Notes: a model not told the origin generated them from the sequence alone. A stretch of DNA of 64,000 nucleotides from an uncultured Gemmatimonadales bacterium (GCA_963783385.1 CAWANJ010000001.1:128001-192000); one strand, 5' to 3'. Counted from the first letter of the stretch, positions 38,141 to 49,440 are shown. A program made the numbers and translations.

Positions 38141-40377
38141 CTCCCTCCTCCATCACCCTGTCCAGCTGGTCCAGCGTCACCAGCACGTCCCTGGGCTGCG
38201 AACCCTGCGAGGGGCCCACCACCCCGGCGTGGTGGAGCTGATCGATGATCCGTGCCGCCCGCCCGTAGCCGATCCTCAGTCTGCGTTGCAGCAGGCTGGT
38301 CGACCCGGAGTCGTTGGCGATCACGATCTCGGCCGCCTGGCGGAAGAGCTGGTCGCGGTCCTCCAGCACCTCTTCCACCACGTCCACCCGCGCCTCCAGC
38401 TCGTCGTGCTCCCGGACCACGTCCAGGATGTCCTCCTCCGAGGGCGGACCTTCCGACGTGCTCCGGTCACGGTACCACCGGACCAGTCTCTCGGTTTCGT
38501 CCCCGTCCAGGAACGCTCCCTGGATCCGGACCGGATCGGCCTCCCCGGGGGGCAGGAACAGCATGTCCCCGTTCCCCAGCAGACTCTCGGCCCCGTTCTG
38601 GTCCAGGATCGTCCGGCTGTCCGTCTTCGAGGCCACCCGGAAGGCGATCCGGCTCGGGAAGTTCGCCTTGATGAGCCCCGTGATCACGTTGACCGACGGC
38701 CGCTGCGTCGCGATCACCAGGTGGATCCCGACGGCCCGGGCCTTCTGCGCCAGCAGGGCCAGGGGGCTCTCGACCTCTGCCTGCACCGTCATCGACGAGG
38801 TCGGCCAGCTCGTCGATGAGCAGCACGATGTACGGCAGCCCGCCGTCCTCGTACGGCCGTTCGGAGGAGCCCGGCCGCCGCAGCTCCACCTCCTCGCGGA
38901 CCCGGCGGTTGAACTCCCGCAGGCTCCGGCAGCCGTTGGCCGACAGGAGCTCGTAGCGGCGGTTCATCTCGAGCACCGCCCACCGTAGGATAGACGCCGC
39001 CTCCTGGTTGTCCGTCACCACCGGGTGCCGGAGGTGGGGGAGATCGTCGTACACGCTGAGCTCCACCATCTTCGGGTCGATCATCAGGAGGCGGAGCTGC
39101 GCCGGGGCGTAGCGGTACACGAGGCTGGTGATAATGGTGTTCATGCACACCGACTTGCCCGATCCGGTGGCCCCGGCGATGAGCAGGTGGGGCATACGCG
39201 CCAGGTCGGCGCAGTAGGGCTCGCCGGCCAGGTCCCGCCCCAGGGCCAGAGGCAGCACGGCCCTGGAGCGCTGGTAGGCGGAGGATTCGAGCATCTCCCG
39301 CAGGCGCACGACCTCGGGCTCGGGGTTCGGCACCTCGACGCCGACGGCGCCCTTGCCCGGAATGGGGGCCACGATGCGCACGGACGGAGCCTTGAGGGCG
39401 AGCGCCAGGTCGTCCGAGAGCGCGGCGATCTGCCCCACCTTGATCCCGGCCGCCGGCACGACTTCGAACTGGGTGACCACGGGCCCGGTCGTCCAGCCCC
39501 GGATCTCGCCCTGCACGCGGAAGGTCTCGAGCTTGTCCACCAGGATCCGGCCCAGCGCGCGGAGCTCCCGGTCCGACAGGCCACGCGAAGCCCGCTCCGG
39601 CTTCTCGAGGAGGTCGAGCGGCGGAAGCTCGGTCCGGGTCGGATCGCCGTAGTCGGCCAGCTCGGGCTCGAGCTCCAGCTGCTCGCTCGCAGCCGGAGCG
39701 CCGCCGGTGGCGGCCGGCTCGACCACGGCCGCCCCGGCGGCCTCCTCGGCGCGGGCCCGGACCGTCTCCCACGGCGAGGCCTCGCCCCCGTCGGCCCACG
39801 CTTCCCTCCGCCGATCGGCGGCGTCCCGCCCTGCCTTCAGCAGCCGCCCCGTTCCGCTCCCCGCGGCGCGCGCTCCGCGCAGCAGGCGGCCGAGCCCGCT
39901 GGAAGGCGACCAGCCGAGCGTGAGGACCGACACCGACAGCAGCACCCCGATTAGGATGAGGACGCCGCCCACGGTGCCGAATCCGCCCTCGAGGAGGATG
40001 CCCAGCGTCCGGCCGATCGCTCCAATGCCTTCGCCACGGGCCAGGGCCGCGTCCCCGCGCAACAGCCACACTCCCGCCGGGACGAGGAGGGCCAGGGCGC
40101 CGAGGAAGCCGGACCAGCGGCCCGCCTCCTCCCGGTTGTACAGGCCGAAGCAGTGGAGCCCCCACACCAAGGGGGCGACGGCGACCAGGACGGCGGCGGG
40201 GCCCAGGGCATAGGAGAGCCACCGGTACAGCGCCGCACCCGCCGGCCCGACCAGGTTGGGACCGGGGCCCGCGCTCGACAGGGCCGGAGGCACGATCGCC
40301 AGACCGAGCAGGACCCCGAGGGCCAACAGCCCGACTCCAAGCGCCTCCTGCCGCCGCCGGCTCTCCTGGGCACTCAC
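38121..40377 (-). CDS. ftsK: DNA translocase FtsK, +1 frameshift near 38793
   Basis: N-terminal TM domain, 'GPVVT.FE', Walker A 'GATGSGKS', 'IDELADL' then shift to 'MTVQ...ATQRPSV', gamma domain 'LQRRLRIGYGRAAR'. Confidence 0.95.
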
Positions 40378-41102
40378 GGCCGAACTCCGGCGGGCACGAT
40401 CCCCTCCCCGATCAGCATCGGCACCATCCGGCTGGAGTCCACCGAGGCGCATATCTCGAGGTCGCCTGCCAATCCAATGGGGACCAGGGCGGCCCCGGCC
40501 TCGGTCTTCGCCAGGGCCTCCGGGTCCGGGTCGCCCAGGCCGCGGGCGGTCTCGACGGCCACGCGCGCACCGTCGTCCCGCTGGACCGAGCCCGATCCGT
40601 CCAGCCGGTCGACGAGGAGTCCCGCGCACCACACGTCATCCAGGCCGACGTGCCCCCCTCGACCAGCGCACACCACCAGGACCGGCCGCCCGCAGCGACG
40701 GAGCTCGTCGGCGACGGCTCCCAGGTTCCTGAGGCACGCCACTAGCACGGCCTCGGCACCCCGGACCCGTTCCAGGGCCAGGGTCCCGTTCGTGGTCGTG
40801 ATCACGAGCTCGCGGCCCGCCACCCGCTCGGAGGTGAACTCCCCGGGCGAGTTGCCGAGGTCGAATCCCCGGATGGGCAGGCCGTCGCGCTCGCCGCACA
40901 GGAGAGGCCGGACGTCGTCGCACGAGGCGCTCCGCCGCTCCGCCGCCTCGGTCGAGCCCACGGGCACCAGGCGACGGGCTCCCGCGTCGAGCGCCGCCAC
41001 GATGGTCGTCGCAGCTCGGATCACGTCGATGACGACCGCCACCCGGCCCTGGGGCTCCGTGTCCCCGAGCTCGCCGGGCGCCAGCCGCGTCCGGACGTTC
41101 AT
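40374..41102 (-). CDS. comB: 2-phosphosulfolactate phosphatase (ComB family)
   Basis: '[12 protein letters not shown]', '[13 protein letters not shown]', 'TTTNGT', 'DDVWCAG'. Confidence 0.9.
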   Translation of the reverse strand: MNVRTRLAPGELGDTEPQGRVAVVIDVIRAATTIVAALDAGARRLVPVGSTEAAERRSASCDDVRPLLCGERDGLPIRGFDLGNSPGEFTSERVAGRELVITTTNGTLALERVRGAEAVLVACLRNLGAVADELRRCGRPVLVVCAGRGGHVGLDDVWCAGLLVDRLDGSGSVQRDDGARVAVETARGLGDPDPEALAKTEAGAALVPIGLAGDLEICASVDSSRMVPMLIGEGIVPAGVRP

Positions 41103-42442
41103 TCTCCGCCGCGCAGGCGCTCCACGAAGCCCGTGTCGACCCGCCCCGCCACGAAGTCCGGATGCCGCAACACCGTGCGGAGGAACGAAATCGTGGTCGG
41201 GATGCCCTCGATCACGAACTCGCCCAGCGCCTGGTCCGCGCGCCGCAGGGCCTCGTCCCGTGTGGTGTCGTGCACGATGAGCTTGCCGAGGAGGGAGTCG
41301 TAGAAGGGCGGAACCCGATAGCCGGCATACACGTGCGTGTCCACGCGAACGCCGGGCCCGCCCGGGGCGTGGAACGCCGTGATGACGCCCGGGGCCGGGC
41401 GGAAGTCGTGGTCGGGGTCCTCGGCGTTGATGCGGCACTCGATCGCATGGCCGCGCAGCTCCGGCGTCTCGGCCATCGACAGGGACTCGCCCGCGGCCAC
41501 CCGGATCTGCTCCTTCACGAGGTCCGTCGACGTGACCCACTCGGTGACCGGATGCTCCACCTGGATGCGGGTGTTCATCTCCATGAAATAGAAGCAGCCG
41601 TCCGAGCCCAGGAGGAACTCGACCGTCCCGGCGTTACGGTACCCGATCGCCCGCGCACCGGCCAGCGCGGCGTCGCACATACGCTGGCGGAGCTCGGGTG
41701 TCATCACGGGGCACGGCGACTCCTCGATCAGCTTCTGGTGTCGGCGCTGCACCGAGCAGTCGCGCTCCCCCAGCGCCACCACCCGCCCGTGGTTGTCGGC
41801 GATCACCTGGATCTCCACGTGGCGCGGCCGTTCCACGAAGCGCTCCAGGTAGACGGAGGGATCGTCGAACGCCGCTCCGGCCTCGTTCCGGGCCATGCTG
41901 AAGGACTTCCGGAAGTGCTCCATGTCGCGAGCGATCCGCATTCCCTTCCCGCCGCCGCCCGCCGCCGCCTTGATCATGACCGGGAAGCCGATGCGCTCGG
42001 CCTCCCGCTCCGCCTCCTCGGGGTCGTCCACGGTGCCCTCGGTCCCTGGCACCACGGGGACTCCGGCATCCGCCATCGTGCGCCGCGCCTCGGCCTTGTG
42101 GCCCATCTTGCGGATCTGATCGGCGGTGGGGCCGATGAACGTGAAGCCCGAGCGCTCGCACACTTCGGCGAACTCGGCGTTCTCGGCCAGGAACCCGTAT
42201 CCGGGATGGATGGCGTCGGCGCCGGCCACCTCCGCCGCGGCGATGATCCGGGGGATGTTGAGATAGCTCTCCCGACTCGGTGCCGGTCCGATGCAGATGT
42301 CCTCGTCCGAGAAACGCACGTGGAGGGAGTCCCGGTCGGCCTCGGAGTACACGGCCACCGTGCCCACACCCAGCTCCCTGCAGGCGCGGATGACGCGCAG
42401 GGCGATCTCCCCGCGGTTGGCGATGAGGATCTTCTCGAACAT
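41099..42442 (-). CDS. accC: Acetyl-CoA carboxylase biotin carboxylase subunit
   Basis: '[11 protein letters not shown]', '[10 protein letters not shown]', 'GGGGKGMR', '[10 protein letters not shown]'. Confidence 0.97.
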   Translation of the reverse strand: MFEKILIANRGEIALRVIRACRELGVGTVAVYSEADRDSLHVRFSDEDICIGPAPSRESYLNIPRIIAAAEVAGADAIHPGYGFLAENAEFAEVCERSGFTFIGPTADQIRKMGHKAEARRTMADAGVPVVPGTEGTVDDPEEAEREAERIGFPVMIKAAAGGGGKGMRIARDMEHFRKSFSMARNEAGAAFDDPSVYLERFVERPRHVEIQVIADNHGRVVALGERDCSVQRRHQKLIEESPCPVMTPELRQRMCDAALAGARAIGYRNAGTVEFLLGSDGCFYFMEMNTRIQVEHPVTEWVTSTDLVKEQIRVAAGESLSMAETPELRGHAIECRINAEDPDHDFRPAPGVITAFHAPGGPGVRVDTHVYAGYRVPPFYDSLLGKLIVHDTTRDEALRRADQALGEFVIEGIPTTISFLRTVLRHPDFVAGRVDTGFVERLRGGE

Positions 42443-42464
42443 CAGGCGATCCGGGTCGAGAGAC

Positions 42465-42965
42465 TCAGCCCGCGCCGTCCGACTCGATGCGGAAGAGGAC
42501 CTGTCCGTACTCGACCGGCTCGGCGTTCTCGACGGCGATCTCGCGGACGACGCCGGCGACTTCGGCCTCCAGCTCGTTCATGAGCTTCATCGCTTCGAGA
42601 ATGCACAGCGTCTGCCCCTTGAGGACGCGATCTCCGACCTCGACGTAAGGCGGCGCATCGGGCGCCGGCGAGCGATAAAAGGTGCCGACCATGGGTGATG
42701 TGATCGGGTGCAGGTCCTCGGCTCCGGTCGACTCCTCGCCCGCCTCCTCGACGGGCTCGGGTGCGCCGCTCGCCGGGGGGCGGGGCGGCGCGGCACCGGA
42801 ATCCGGGCCCGGGGCGCCGGACGAGACCACCCGCACGGCGCCCCCACCCCCGGGCGGACTCTTCGAGACCCGCACCCGGGTGCCGAAGCGGCTCAGCTCG
42901 AGCGTGTCGATGTCGGAGTCTTCGACGAGCTCGAGGAGGCGCCGGATCCAGTCGAGGTCCATCAT
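42465..42965 (-). CDS. accB: Biotin carboxyl carrier protein
   Basis: 'SPMVGTFY', biotinylation motif 'EAMKLM'. Confidence 0.97.
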   Translation of the reverse strand: MMDLDWIRRLLELVEDSDIDTLELSRFGTRVRVSKSPPGGGGAVRVVSSGAPGPDSGAAPPRPPASGAPEPVEEAGEESTGAEDLHPITSPMVGTFYRSPAPDAPPYVEVGDRVLKGQTLCILEAMKLMNELEAEVAGVVREIAVENAEPVEYGQVLFRIESDGAG

Positions 42966-43528
42966 GAGCTCACCCGTTCCAGGTACTTGTCCTCCGTCCG
43001 GTCGACCCGGACCACGTCACCTTCTTCGATGAACAGCGGAACCTGTACAACCGCGCCCGCTTCGAGCCTGGCGGGCTTCGTGGCGCCCTGCGCCGTATCC
43101 CCGCGCACGCCGGGCTCGGTCTCCACCACGCGCTGTTCGACGAACTGCGGCAGCTCCACCGACAGCACGTCACGGTCCCGCGTGAGGCCCTCGCACTCCA
43201 GGTTCTCCGTCAGGTACAGGAGCTGGTCCTCACCGACCGCCTCTCCGGACAGCGGGACCATCTCGTACGTCTCCATGTCCATGAAGTAGTACAGGTGGCC
43301 GTCCAAGTAGCTGTATTGCAGGGGGCGCCGCACCAGGCGTACCTCCTGCACGCGCTCTCCCGCCCGGAACGTGCGGTCCAGCACCGCACCCGTCATCACG
43401 TTCTTGAGCTTGGTGCGCACGAAGGCGCCGCCCTTTCCCGGCTTGACGTGCTGGAAGTAGATGATCGAATACAGCTCGCCGTCGAGCTCGATCACCATCC
43501 CGTTCCGGAAGTCCGATGTGTCCGCCAT
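42962..43528 (-). CDS. efp: Elongation factor P
   Basis: '[17 protein letters not shown]', 'PGVRGDTA', 'VPLFI'. Confidence 0.97.
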   Translation of the reverse strand: MADTSDFRNGMVIELDGELYSIIYFQHVKPGKGGAFVRTKLKNVMTGAVLDRTFRAGERVQEVRLVRRPLQYSYLDGHLYYFMDMETYEMVPLSGEAVGEDQLLYLTENLECEGLTRDRDVLSVELPQFVEQRVVETEPGVRGDTAQGATKPARLEAGAVVQVPLFIEEGDVVRVDRTEDKYLERVSS

Positions 43529-43566
43529 GTCCCTCGCGCTCGTGGTCTCGACGTGCGATGTGCGCT

Positions 43567-44676
43567 CTACAGCTCCCTCAGGTCGAGCGGGAAGTCCGTG
43601 AGCGGACGCGCGCCGGCTTCCTCCACCCACACGTCGTCCTCCAGCCTCACGCCGCCGCGCCCCGGAAGATACACGCCCGGCTCGATCGTTACCACGTTCC
43701 CGGGCTGCAAGATGGCCTCCGACCGCCGTGACACGGCCGGCTCCTCGTGCACCTCCAGACCGAGGCCGTGACCCGTGGAGTGACCGAAGTGCTCCCCGTA
43801 CCCGGCTTCCGTCAAGCTGTCACGGGCCGCGGCGTCGACATCCGCGGCCGGCGCGCCGGCCGCTACGGCGGCGACGGCGGCATCGTGGGCCGCGAGGACC
43901 GCCCGGTGGACGGCAAGCTGCCACGCGGCCGCAGCGCCCGCCACGACGGTACGCGTGATGTCCGACCTATAGCCGTCGACCACGGCTCCGAAGTCCAGCA
44001 GCAGCAGGTCGCCCTCGCGCAGGGTGCGGGCCGAGGGGCGTGCGTGCGGCAGGGCCGAGCGAGGGCCCACGGCCACGATCGACTCGAACGCGGGACCATC
44101 CGATCCGGCTCGACGGAGCCTGTACTCCAGCTCCGCCGTGATCTCCGCCTCGGAGATGCCCTCCTCGACACGACCCAGGGTCTCCTCGAGAGCTTCGCAG
44201 GCCAGCACGGCCGCGCGGCCGATGCGCGCGATCTCCGCCGCATCCTTGCGCGCGCGGAGCGATTCGACCAGCCCTTCGCGAGCCGTCCAGTCCACCTCGG
44301 GCGCCGCCTGTTCGAGGCGGGCCTTCTCACGGACCGAGACGTGGGCCGGCTCGAATGCGAACCGGGGAGATCCGGGCCAGTCCCGAGCCAGGTCGGACAG
44401 CGCGTCGAACAGCCCATCGCCCGCGATCCGTACCTCGATCGTCGGGTCGACCTCGTCCGCCGCCTGGACCTCGTAGCGCGAGTCGGTCAGCAGGAAACCA
44501 TCGTCCCCGCGCACCACCAGCAGCCCGCTCGAGCCCGAGAAACCGGAGAGGTAGCGCCGATTCGGACCATGTAGGGTCAGGAGGCCGTCGAGCCCGAGTT
44601 CCTCCAAACACCCGCGGAGACGCGCCAGCCTGTCACCGCGCGCCACCGGAGGAAGCGGCGTACCGGCCTCGATCAA
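43567..44676 (-). CDS. Xaa-Pro peptidase (M24 family)
   Basis: 'TDSRY', 'LPHA', 'DFGA..DGYRSDITRT', 'HSTGHGLGLEVHE', 'TIEPG', 'RLEDD'. Confidence 0.93.
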   Translation of the reverse strand: MIEAGTPLPPVARGDRLARLRGCLEELGLDGLLTLHGPNRRYLSGFSGSSGLLVVRGDDGFLLTDSRYEVQAADEVDPTIEVRIAGDGLFDALSDLARDWPGSPRFAFEPAHVSVREKARLEQAAPEVDWTAREGLVESLRARKDAAEIARIGRAAVLACEALEETLGRVEEGISEAEITAELEYRLRRAGSDGPAFESIVAVGPRSALPHARPSARTLREGDLLLLDFGAVVDGYRSDITRTVVAGAAAAWQLAVHRAVLAAHDAAVAAVAAGAPAADVDAAARDSLTEAGYGEHFGHSTGHGLGLEVHEEPAVSRRSEAILQPGNVVTIEPGVYLPGRGGVRLEDDVWVEEAGARPLTDFPLDLREL

Positions 44677-45122
44677 GCGGCGCCCAGGTGGCCGAGGAGG
44701 CCGTCGAGCGCCAGCAGGTAGCTGTCCCCGTGGAATCCCGCGACCACGCCCACTGCCACGTCGGCGAGGAGCGATCGGGCACGGAACGGCTCTCGCGCCT
44801 GGATGTTGGAGAGATGGACCTCCACGAAGGGCCGGCCGCTGGCGACGAGCGCGTCTCGGAGGGACACGCTGGTGTGGGTGAGTCCGCCGGCGTTCACCAG
44901 CCAGCCGGCGACCGCCAAGGCCTGCGACTGAACCCAGTCGATCAAGGCCCCCTCCGAGTTGGACTGCAGGGAGACCATCTGGACACCGCGTTCCTCCGCC
45001 CGCTCGGCCAGGCGCGCCTGGATGTCCTCCAGGGTCTCGGAGCCGTATAGCTCGGGCTCACGACCGCCGAGGAGATTCAGGTTGGGCCCGTGGAGGACGC
45101 CAATGCGGACCAGGGACCCCAT
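44673..45122 (-). CDS. aroQ: Type II 3-dehydroquinate dehydratase
   Basis: 'HGPNLNLLGGREPELYG', 'QSNSEG', 'THTSV.LRDA', 'EVHLSN...RE.FR'. Confidence 0.95.
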   Translation of the reverse strand: MGSLVRIGVLHGPNLNLLGGREPELYGSETLEDIQARLAERAEERGVQMVSLQSNSEGALIDWVQSQALAVAGWLVNAGGLTHTSVSLRDALVASGRPFVEVHLSNIQAREPFRARSLLADVAVGVVAGFHGDSYLLALDGLLGHLGAA

Positions 45123-45135
45123 CAGAACCGCACCC

Positions 45136-46633
45136 TCAATCCAGATCGCCCGCGGACCCGGCGTCCGCCACGGCGTCGCCGCGCAGCAACGCCCGCAGAT
45201 GGTCCCTGACCGGAGGCTCCGCGGGCCCGGCCGGCTCCGTGGGGACACTCTCCCGCACCGCCCACTCCTCCTCCGCCGCCGGGGCCGTCTCCCCGACCTC
45301 CCCGGCCGATCCCGCCCGCACCGGCCCATCGCCCTCGAGCTCGTCCCGGGCCGCCCGCAGACGCTCGGCGAGCGCCTCGTCGTGGGGCCTCCGACGCACA
45401 AGCTCCTCGTAGATCGTCACGGCCTCGCGGTAGAGGCCCTGGGTGGCATACAGCGTGGCCAGGGTCTCCGTCGGAAGATCCGAGTCCGACCGCTCCTCGG
45501 ACGGTCCGGGTTCCTGGACGTCCGTCGCCGCTTCGGGCTCCGGCTCGGGCTCGGGCTCCGCCTCGGGCTCCGCCTCGGGCTCCGGCTCCGGCTCGGGCTC
45601 GGGCTCCGCGGCGACGGGCTGGCTCACCTCGGGCTCCTGGACATCCGTCGCTGCCCCTTCGGCTTCCTCCGCGTCCTGCGGCTCTACGGGCTCCTCGCCC
45701 GTCTTCGCCCACGGGGCGCCGGCTTCCAGGGCCTCCCCACCCCATTCCGGCCAGTACGTCCCGCCAGGCTCGACCGGCTCGACCGGCTCGACCGGCTCCG
45801 TCCGGGTCTCCGCGACCTCTTCCGCGGCGGGCTCCGCGACCTCTTCCGTCCAGCTTCCCGGCTCCCCCGTGTCCCCGGTCACCTCCGGCTCGGGTGCCTC
45901 CTCGCTCCACGGCCAGCCGCTACTGCCGATGGACTCCCACTCGGCCTGGGACCCGGATTCCAGGCCGAAGGCGTCGGTGGGTCCGGTTTCCAACTCCGGC
46001 TCGGGCCCGAATTCCGCCTCGGGTCCGAATTCCGGTTCGGCCTCGCCGTCCGGCTCCCTCGGCTCGCATCCGCCCATCCGTCCCGAACCCGGAGTCCGGC
46101 TCGAGATCGGGCTCGAGGTCGGGCACGGGCTCCGGTTCGAACTCGGGCTCGAGGTCGGGCTCTGGCGGCTCGATCTCCTCTTCGGCGGCCGGCTCGGCCT
46201 CCGGCTCGGACCGCGAACCGGCCCCCCCGGCGAGGCGCTCCAGGGCGGCCTCCGCCTCCTCGTTGCGCGGATCGACCGCGAGCAGCCGCTCGTACCAACC
46301 GGCGGCCCCTTTCCGGTCCCCGCCGGTCTCGGCCATGTGAGCCAGGGCTCGGAGCGCGACCAGGTTCTGGGCGTCCACGTCCAGCACTCCACGGTACGCC
46401 TCTCTGGCCTGCACCTCCCGGCCCATGTCCTCGAAGGTACGCGCATGGACGATGTGGGCGCTGAGGTAGTCGGGGTGCTGGCTCAACCCCTCTTCTACGA
46501 CGTCCAGCGCTCGATCCAGCTCACCCGACTTTCGGAGCAGATCGGCCAGTCGGGCGAACAGGAGGCTCCCCGGATGCGCCGCGAACTGCTCCTCCAGGCG
46601 CTGGATCTCGACTCCGAGGCTGGGATCGCTCAT
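45136..46633 (-). CDS. TPR protein with acidic Glu/Pro linker and C-terminal TPR, frameshift near 46070-46095
   Basis: N-terminus 'FARLADLLRKSGELDRAL...HPDY' (ORF 45920..46633); EP-rich linker and 'TETLATLYATQGLYREAVTIYEEL' (ORF 45136..46446). Confidence 0.8.
45532..45609. repeat. Imperfect 6-bp tandem repeat encoding (EP/EA)n
   Basis: About 13 units of ctcggg/ctccgg/ctccgc; nearby ggctcgacc x3 encodes (EPV)3. Confidence 0.7.
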
Positions 46634-46690
46634 GGCATGTCCGATCGGCTGTGGAGGGAGGGGCTCTCACCCCGGGGATGGAACGCAGCG

Positions 46691-46720
46691 AAGATACCGG
46701 CCCGTTTCCGCACGTGTCAA
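46691..46720 (-). promoter_or_regulatory. Sigma70-like promoter for the TPR-aroQ...lnt operon
   Basis: TTGACA (46720-46715), 18-bp spacer, TATCTT (46696-46691). Confidence 0.6.
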
Positions 46721-46896
46721 CGTGCCGCCGACGCCCCGGGCGTTGCTGCCGTCGCGGACCTCCGGTAGCTTTTCGGGGTTTGCAGACGTCAGTTGGACGG
46801 GCTACACGACGGCGCGGCCGAGGCTCTCGGCCGCGCGCCGTTTCGGGGCCCGCCGCGCAGGCCCGAGGACATACCCAGCCGGGAGGACACCGCCCC

Positions 46897-48726
46897 ATGG
46901 TCATGCGCAAGATGCGCGAGAACATGAAGTCGATCATGCTCATCCTGACCGTGGCCTTCGTGGCCTGGCTGGTGCTCGATTGGGTACAGAGTCGGAACCA
47001 GAGCACCCAGGCCGGCGCGAACCCCATCGTGGGCGTGGTCAACGGACAGGACATCCGCTACGTGCAGTGGAGCCGGTACCTCCAGTCCGAGCTCGACCAG
47101 GCGCGGCAGGGGGCCAGCCAGCCGCTCACGGACGAGGAGACCTACCGGGCCACGGAGCAGGCCTGGAACCAGATGGTCAACCAGATTCTCATCCAGCAGG
47201 AGCTGCAGAGGCTCGGCATCGGGGTGAGCAATGCCGAGATCAAGCAGGCCTTCCGGACGAGTCCCCCACCGGCCCTCAGGAACCACCCGGCGTTCCAGAC
47301 GGACGGGCACTTCGACTACCAGAAGTACCAGGCCTTCTTCGCCAGGCCCGGGGTGGACGTCAACCTCCTCGAGCAGATCGAGCAGTACTACCGTACCGTG
47401 CTCCCACAGTCCAAGCTCGTTCAGCTCGTCTCGCAGGAGGTCGACGTCAGCGATGCGGATCTGTGGGCGGCGTACCGGGACCAGAACGAGACCGCGCGCG
47501 TGAAGTACGTGAGCCTCGATCCGACCACGGTCGTCCCCGACAGCGCGGTGAGCGTCTCGGACCAGGAGATCCAGCAGTACTACGACGGCCATCGTGCAGA
47601 GTTCGAGAGGCCGGCCACCGCCACGGTGGACGTGGTCACCCTGTCCCAGCTGCCCTCGGCGCAGGACACAGCGGCCGCCAGGCGGACCGCCGACTCCCTC
47701 CGGAGCCTGGTGGAGGGAGGCAAGGAGAAGTTCTCCGACCTGGTCCAGCAGCTTTCGGCCGACAGCGCCTCGGGCCTGCAGGCGAGCAACCTCGGCTGGA
47801 TCCATCGGGGCGACCTGGTGAGCGCGGTCGACTCCGTGGCCTTCTCGCTGCGCGGGGGAGGGGTGTCCCGGCCGATCCTCGCGGGCTCCAGCTTCCACCT
47901 CGTCCACGTCGACGCGCGCCGCGGTGACTCCCTGTCGCTCGACCACATCCTGGTGCCGATCCAGCTCTCCACGGAGCACCAGGACAGGATTTTCGACGAC
48001 ATGGACCAGCTCGAGAGCCTGGCGCTGGACGCGGGGCTCGTCCCCGCGGCGGACTCGATGGGGCTCACGGCCCGGAAGGGGATCCAGGTCACCAGGGGTT
48101 CGCAGTTCGTGCCCGGCGCCGGGGCGCTCGGCGTGGCAGTGGAATGGGCCTTCGACCCGGAGACCACTCCGGGGACCGTGAGCCAGTTCTACCAGAACGG
48201 CCTCGGATACCATATCCTGCAGTTCGAGAGCCGATCCGACTCCTCGGTGACTCCTCTGGCCGCGGTCCGCGACCAGATCCGCACCCGTCTCCTGCAGGGA
48301 GAGAAGGCGGACGTCCTGCGCGAACGGATGGACAAGGTCGCCCAGGAGGCGCGGGCCGGCGGTGGGCTCGAGAAGGCGGCGGCCGCCTACCAGTGGAAGG
48401 TACAGGAAAGCCCGACCTTCAGCCGGCAGGACTTCGTTCAGGGTCTGGGTCGCGCCACGCAGGCCGTCGGCGCGGCGTTCGGCCTACCGGTGGGCTCGAT
48501 ATCGGACGCGCTGGACGCGGGCGGCAGGCTCGCGCTGGTCCAGGTGGAGGATCGGACGCCCGCCAACCGCAAGCAGTTCCTCCAGGTGGAGGGTCAGCTT
48601 CGGGCCCAGATGCTGACGCAGCAGCGGCAGGCCTATGTGCAGCAGTGGCTGCAAGCGCTGAGGGACCACGCCGACGTCCAGGACCTCAGGCAACAGCTGG
48701 CGGTGGCGCGCTCGCCCTCGACCTGA
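46897..48726 (+). CDS. SurA N-terminal domain / PpiD-like periplasmic chaperone-PPIase
   Basis: 'MRKMRE' plus TM anchor, 'VNGQDI', 'GIGVSNAEI', parvulin-like 'SADSAS...LGWI...VAFSL...S.PI...FHLV'. Confidence 0.87.
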   Translation: MVMRKMRENMKSIMLILTVAFVAWLVLDWVQSRNQSTQAGANPIVGVVNGQDIRYVQWSRYLQSELDQARQGASQPLTDEETYRATEQAWNQMVNQILIQQELQRLGIGVSNAEIKQAFRTSPPPALRNHPAFQTDGHFDYQKYQAFFARPGVDVNLLEQIEQYYRTVLPQSKLVQLVSQEVDVSDADLWAAYRDQNETARVKYVSLDPTTVVPDSAVSVSDQEIQQYYDGHRAEFERPATATVDVVTLSQLPSAQDTAAARRTADSLRSLVEGGKEKFSDLVQQLSADSASGLQASNLGWIHRGDLVSAVDSVAFSLRGGGVSRPILAGSSFHLVHVDARRGDSLSLDHILVPIQLSTEHQDRIFDDMDQLESLALDAGLVPAADSMGLTARKGIQVTRGSQFVPGAGALGVAVEWAFDPETTPGTVSQFYQNGLGYHILQFESRSDSSVTPLAAVRDQIRTRLLQGEKADVLRERMDKVAQEARAGGGLEKAAAAYQWKVQESPTFSRQDFVQGLGRATQAVGAAFGLPVGSISDALDAGGRLALVQVEDRTPANRKQFLQVEGQLRAQMLTQQRQAYVQQWLQALRDHADVQDLRQQLAVARSPST

Positions 48727-48791
48727 GGGAGCCGGATGGATGAGATCACCAGCCCGCGGCGGTCGATTGGGCCGCGGGCCGGAGGTTCCGA

Positions 48792-49043
48792 TCAGCCCTG
48801 AGGCTGATCCTTGTGCTCGGACGGCTCGTGCGGGCTCTGCTGTGTGCTCGAGCTCGAGCCCCGCGTGTCACCCGGTGGGATTTCCCGGTTGACCTCGTCC
48901 TCGATTCCCTTGAGGGAGTCCTGGAAGTCGCGGATCCCCTTCCCGAGCGACTTCCCGATCTCGGGCAGCCTCTTCGCTCCGAAGAACAGGAGCACGATCG
49001 CGAAGATGACGATCAGTTCGGGAATGCCGATACCACCCAGCAT
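48792..49043 (-). CDS. tatA: Twin-arginine translocase TatA/E subunit
   Basis: 'IGIPELIVIF..VLLFFGAKRLPEIGKSLGKGIRDF'. Confidence 0.95.
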   Translation of the reverse strand: MLGGIGIPELIVIFAIVLLFFGAKRLPEIGKSLGKGIRDFQDSLKGIEDEVNREIPPGDTRGSSSSTQQSPHEPSEHKDQPQG

Positions 49044-49108
49044 GTCAGGTCATCCTTCCGGGTAGGTCGCCCGCAGCGGCCGTCGACCGCCGCCGGGACG
49101 TCCCGGCA

Positions 49109-49411
49109 CTAGAGCAGAGATCTTGAGAACCAGGCCACGAGCACCACGCCTACGACGCTGAGGACATTTACACGGATCAGCAGCGGCCCCAGCGTCAGGG
49201 CCACGACCCGCAAGTCCACCGCCAGCGGTCCGAGCGATGCCGACACCGTCGTCACAAGGAACTGTCGGGCCGCGCTCGGCGGGAACGCGAGGCTCACCAG
49301 CTGGGTGAGGAGCGCGCCCACCAGCAGCCCGCCAGCGACGATGAGCAGCACTCTTCGTCCCGTCTTCTTACGGGTACCCCCGAGCTCCATCTCGCGTGCA
49401 CCTCCTACCAT
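49109..49411 (-). CDS. Small membrane protein (DUF4321-like)
   Basis: Two hydrophobic segments around 'GPLAVDLRVVALTLG...VNVLS'. Confidence 0.6.
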   Translation of the reverse strand: MVGGAREMELGGTRKKTGRRVLLIVAGGLLVGALLTQLVSLAFPPSAARQFLVTTVSASLGPLAVDLRVVALTLGPLLIRVNVLSVVGVVLVAWFSRSLL

Positions 49412-49440
49412 GACGCGTCCTCGAGTCCGGCTTCGATCGG

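Noticed and set aside
36048-40377. hemL and ftsK as true pseudogenes
   Set aside because: Single 1-bp indels in otherwise intact, normally essential genes; assembly error is more likely.
45532-46200. Short repeats as a CRISPR array or contingency locus
   Set aside because: In-frame 6- and 9-bp coding repeats for Glu/Pro linkers; no spacers and no cas genes.
48752-48779. 9-bp hairpin between convergent surA-like and tatA genes
   Set aside because: Plausible terminator but no U-tract on either strand, and such GC stems arise by chance here.
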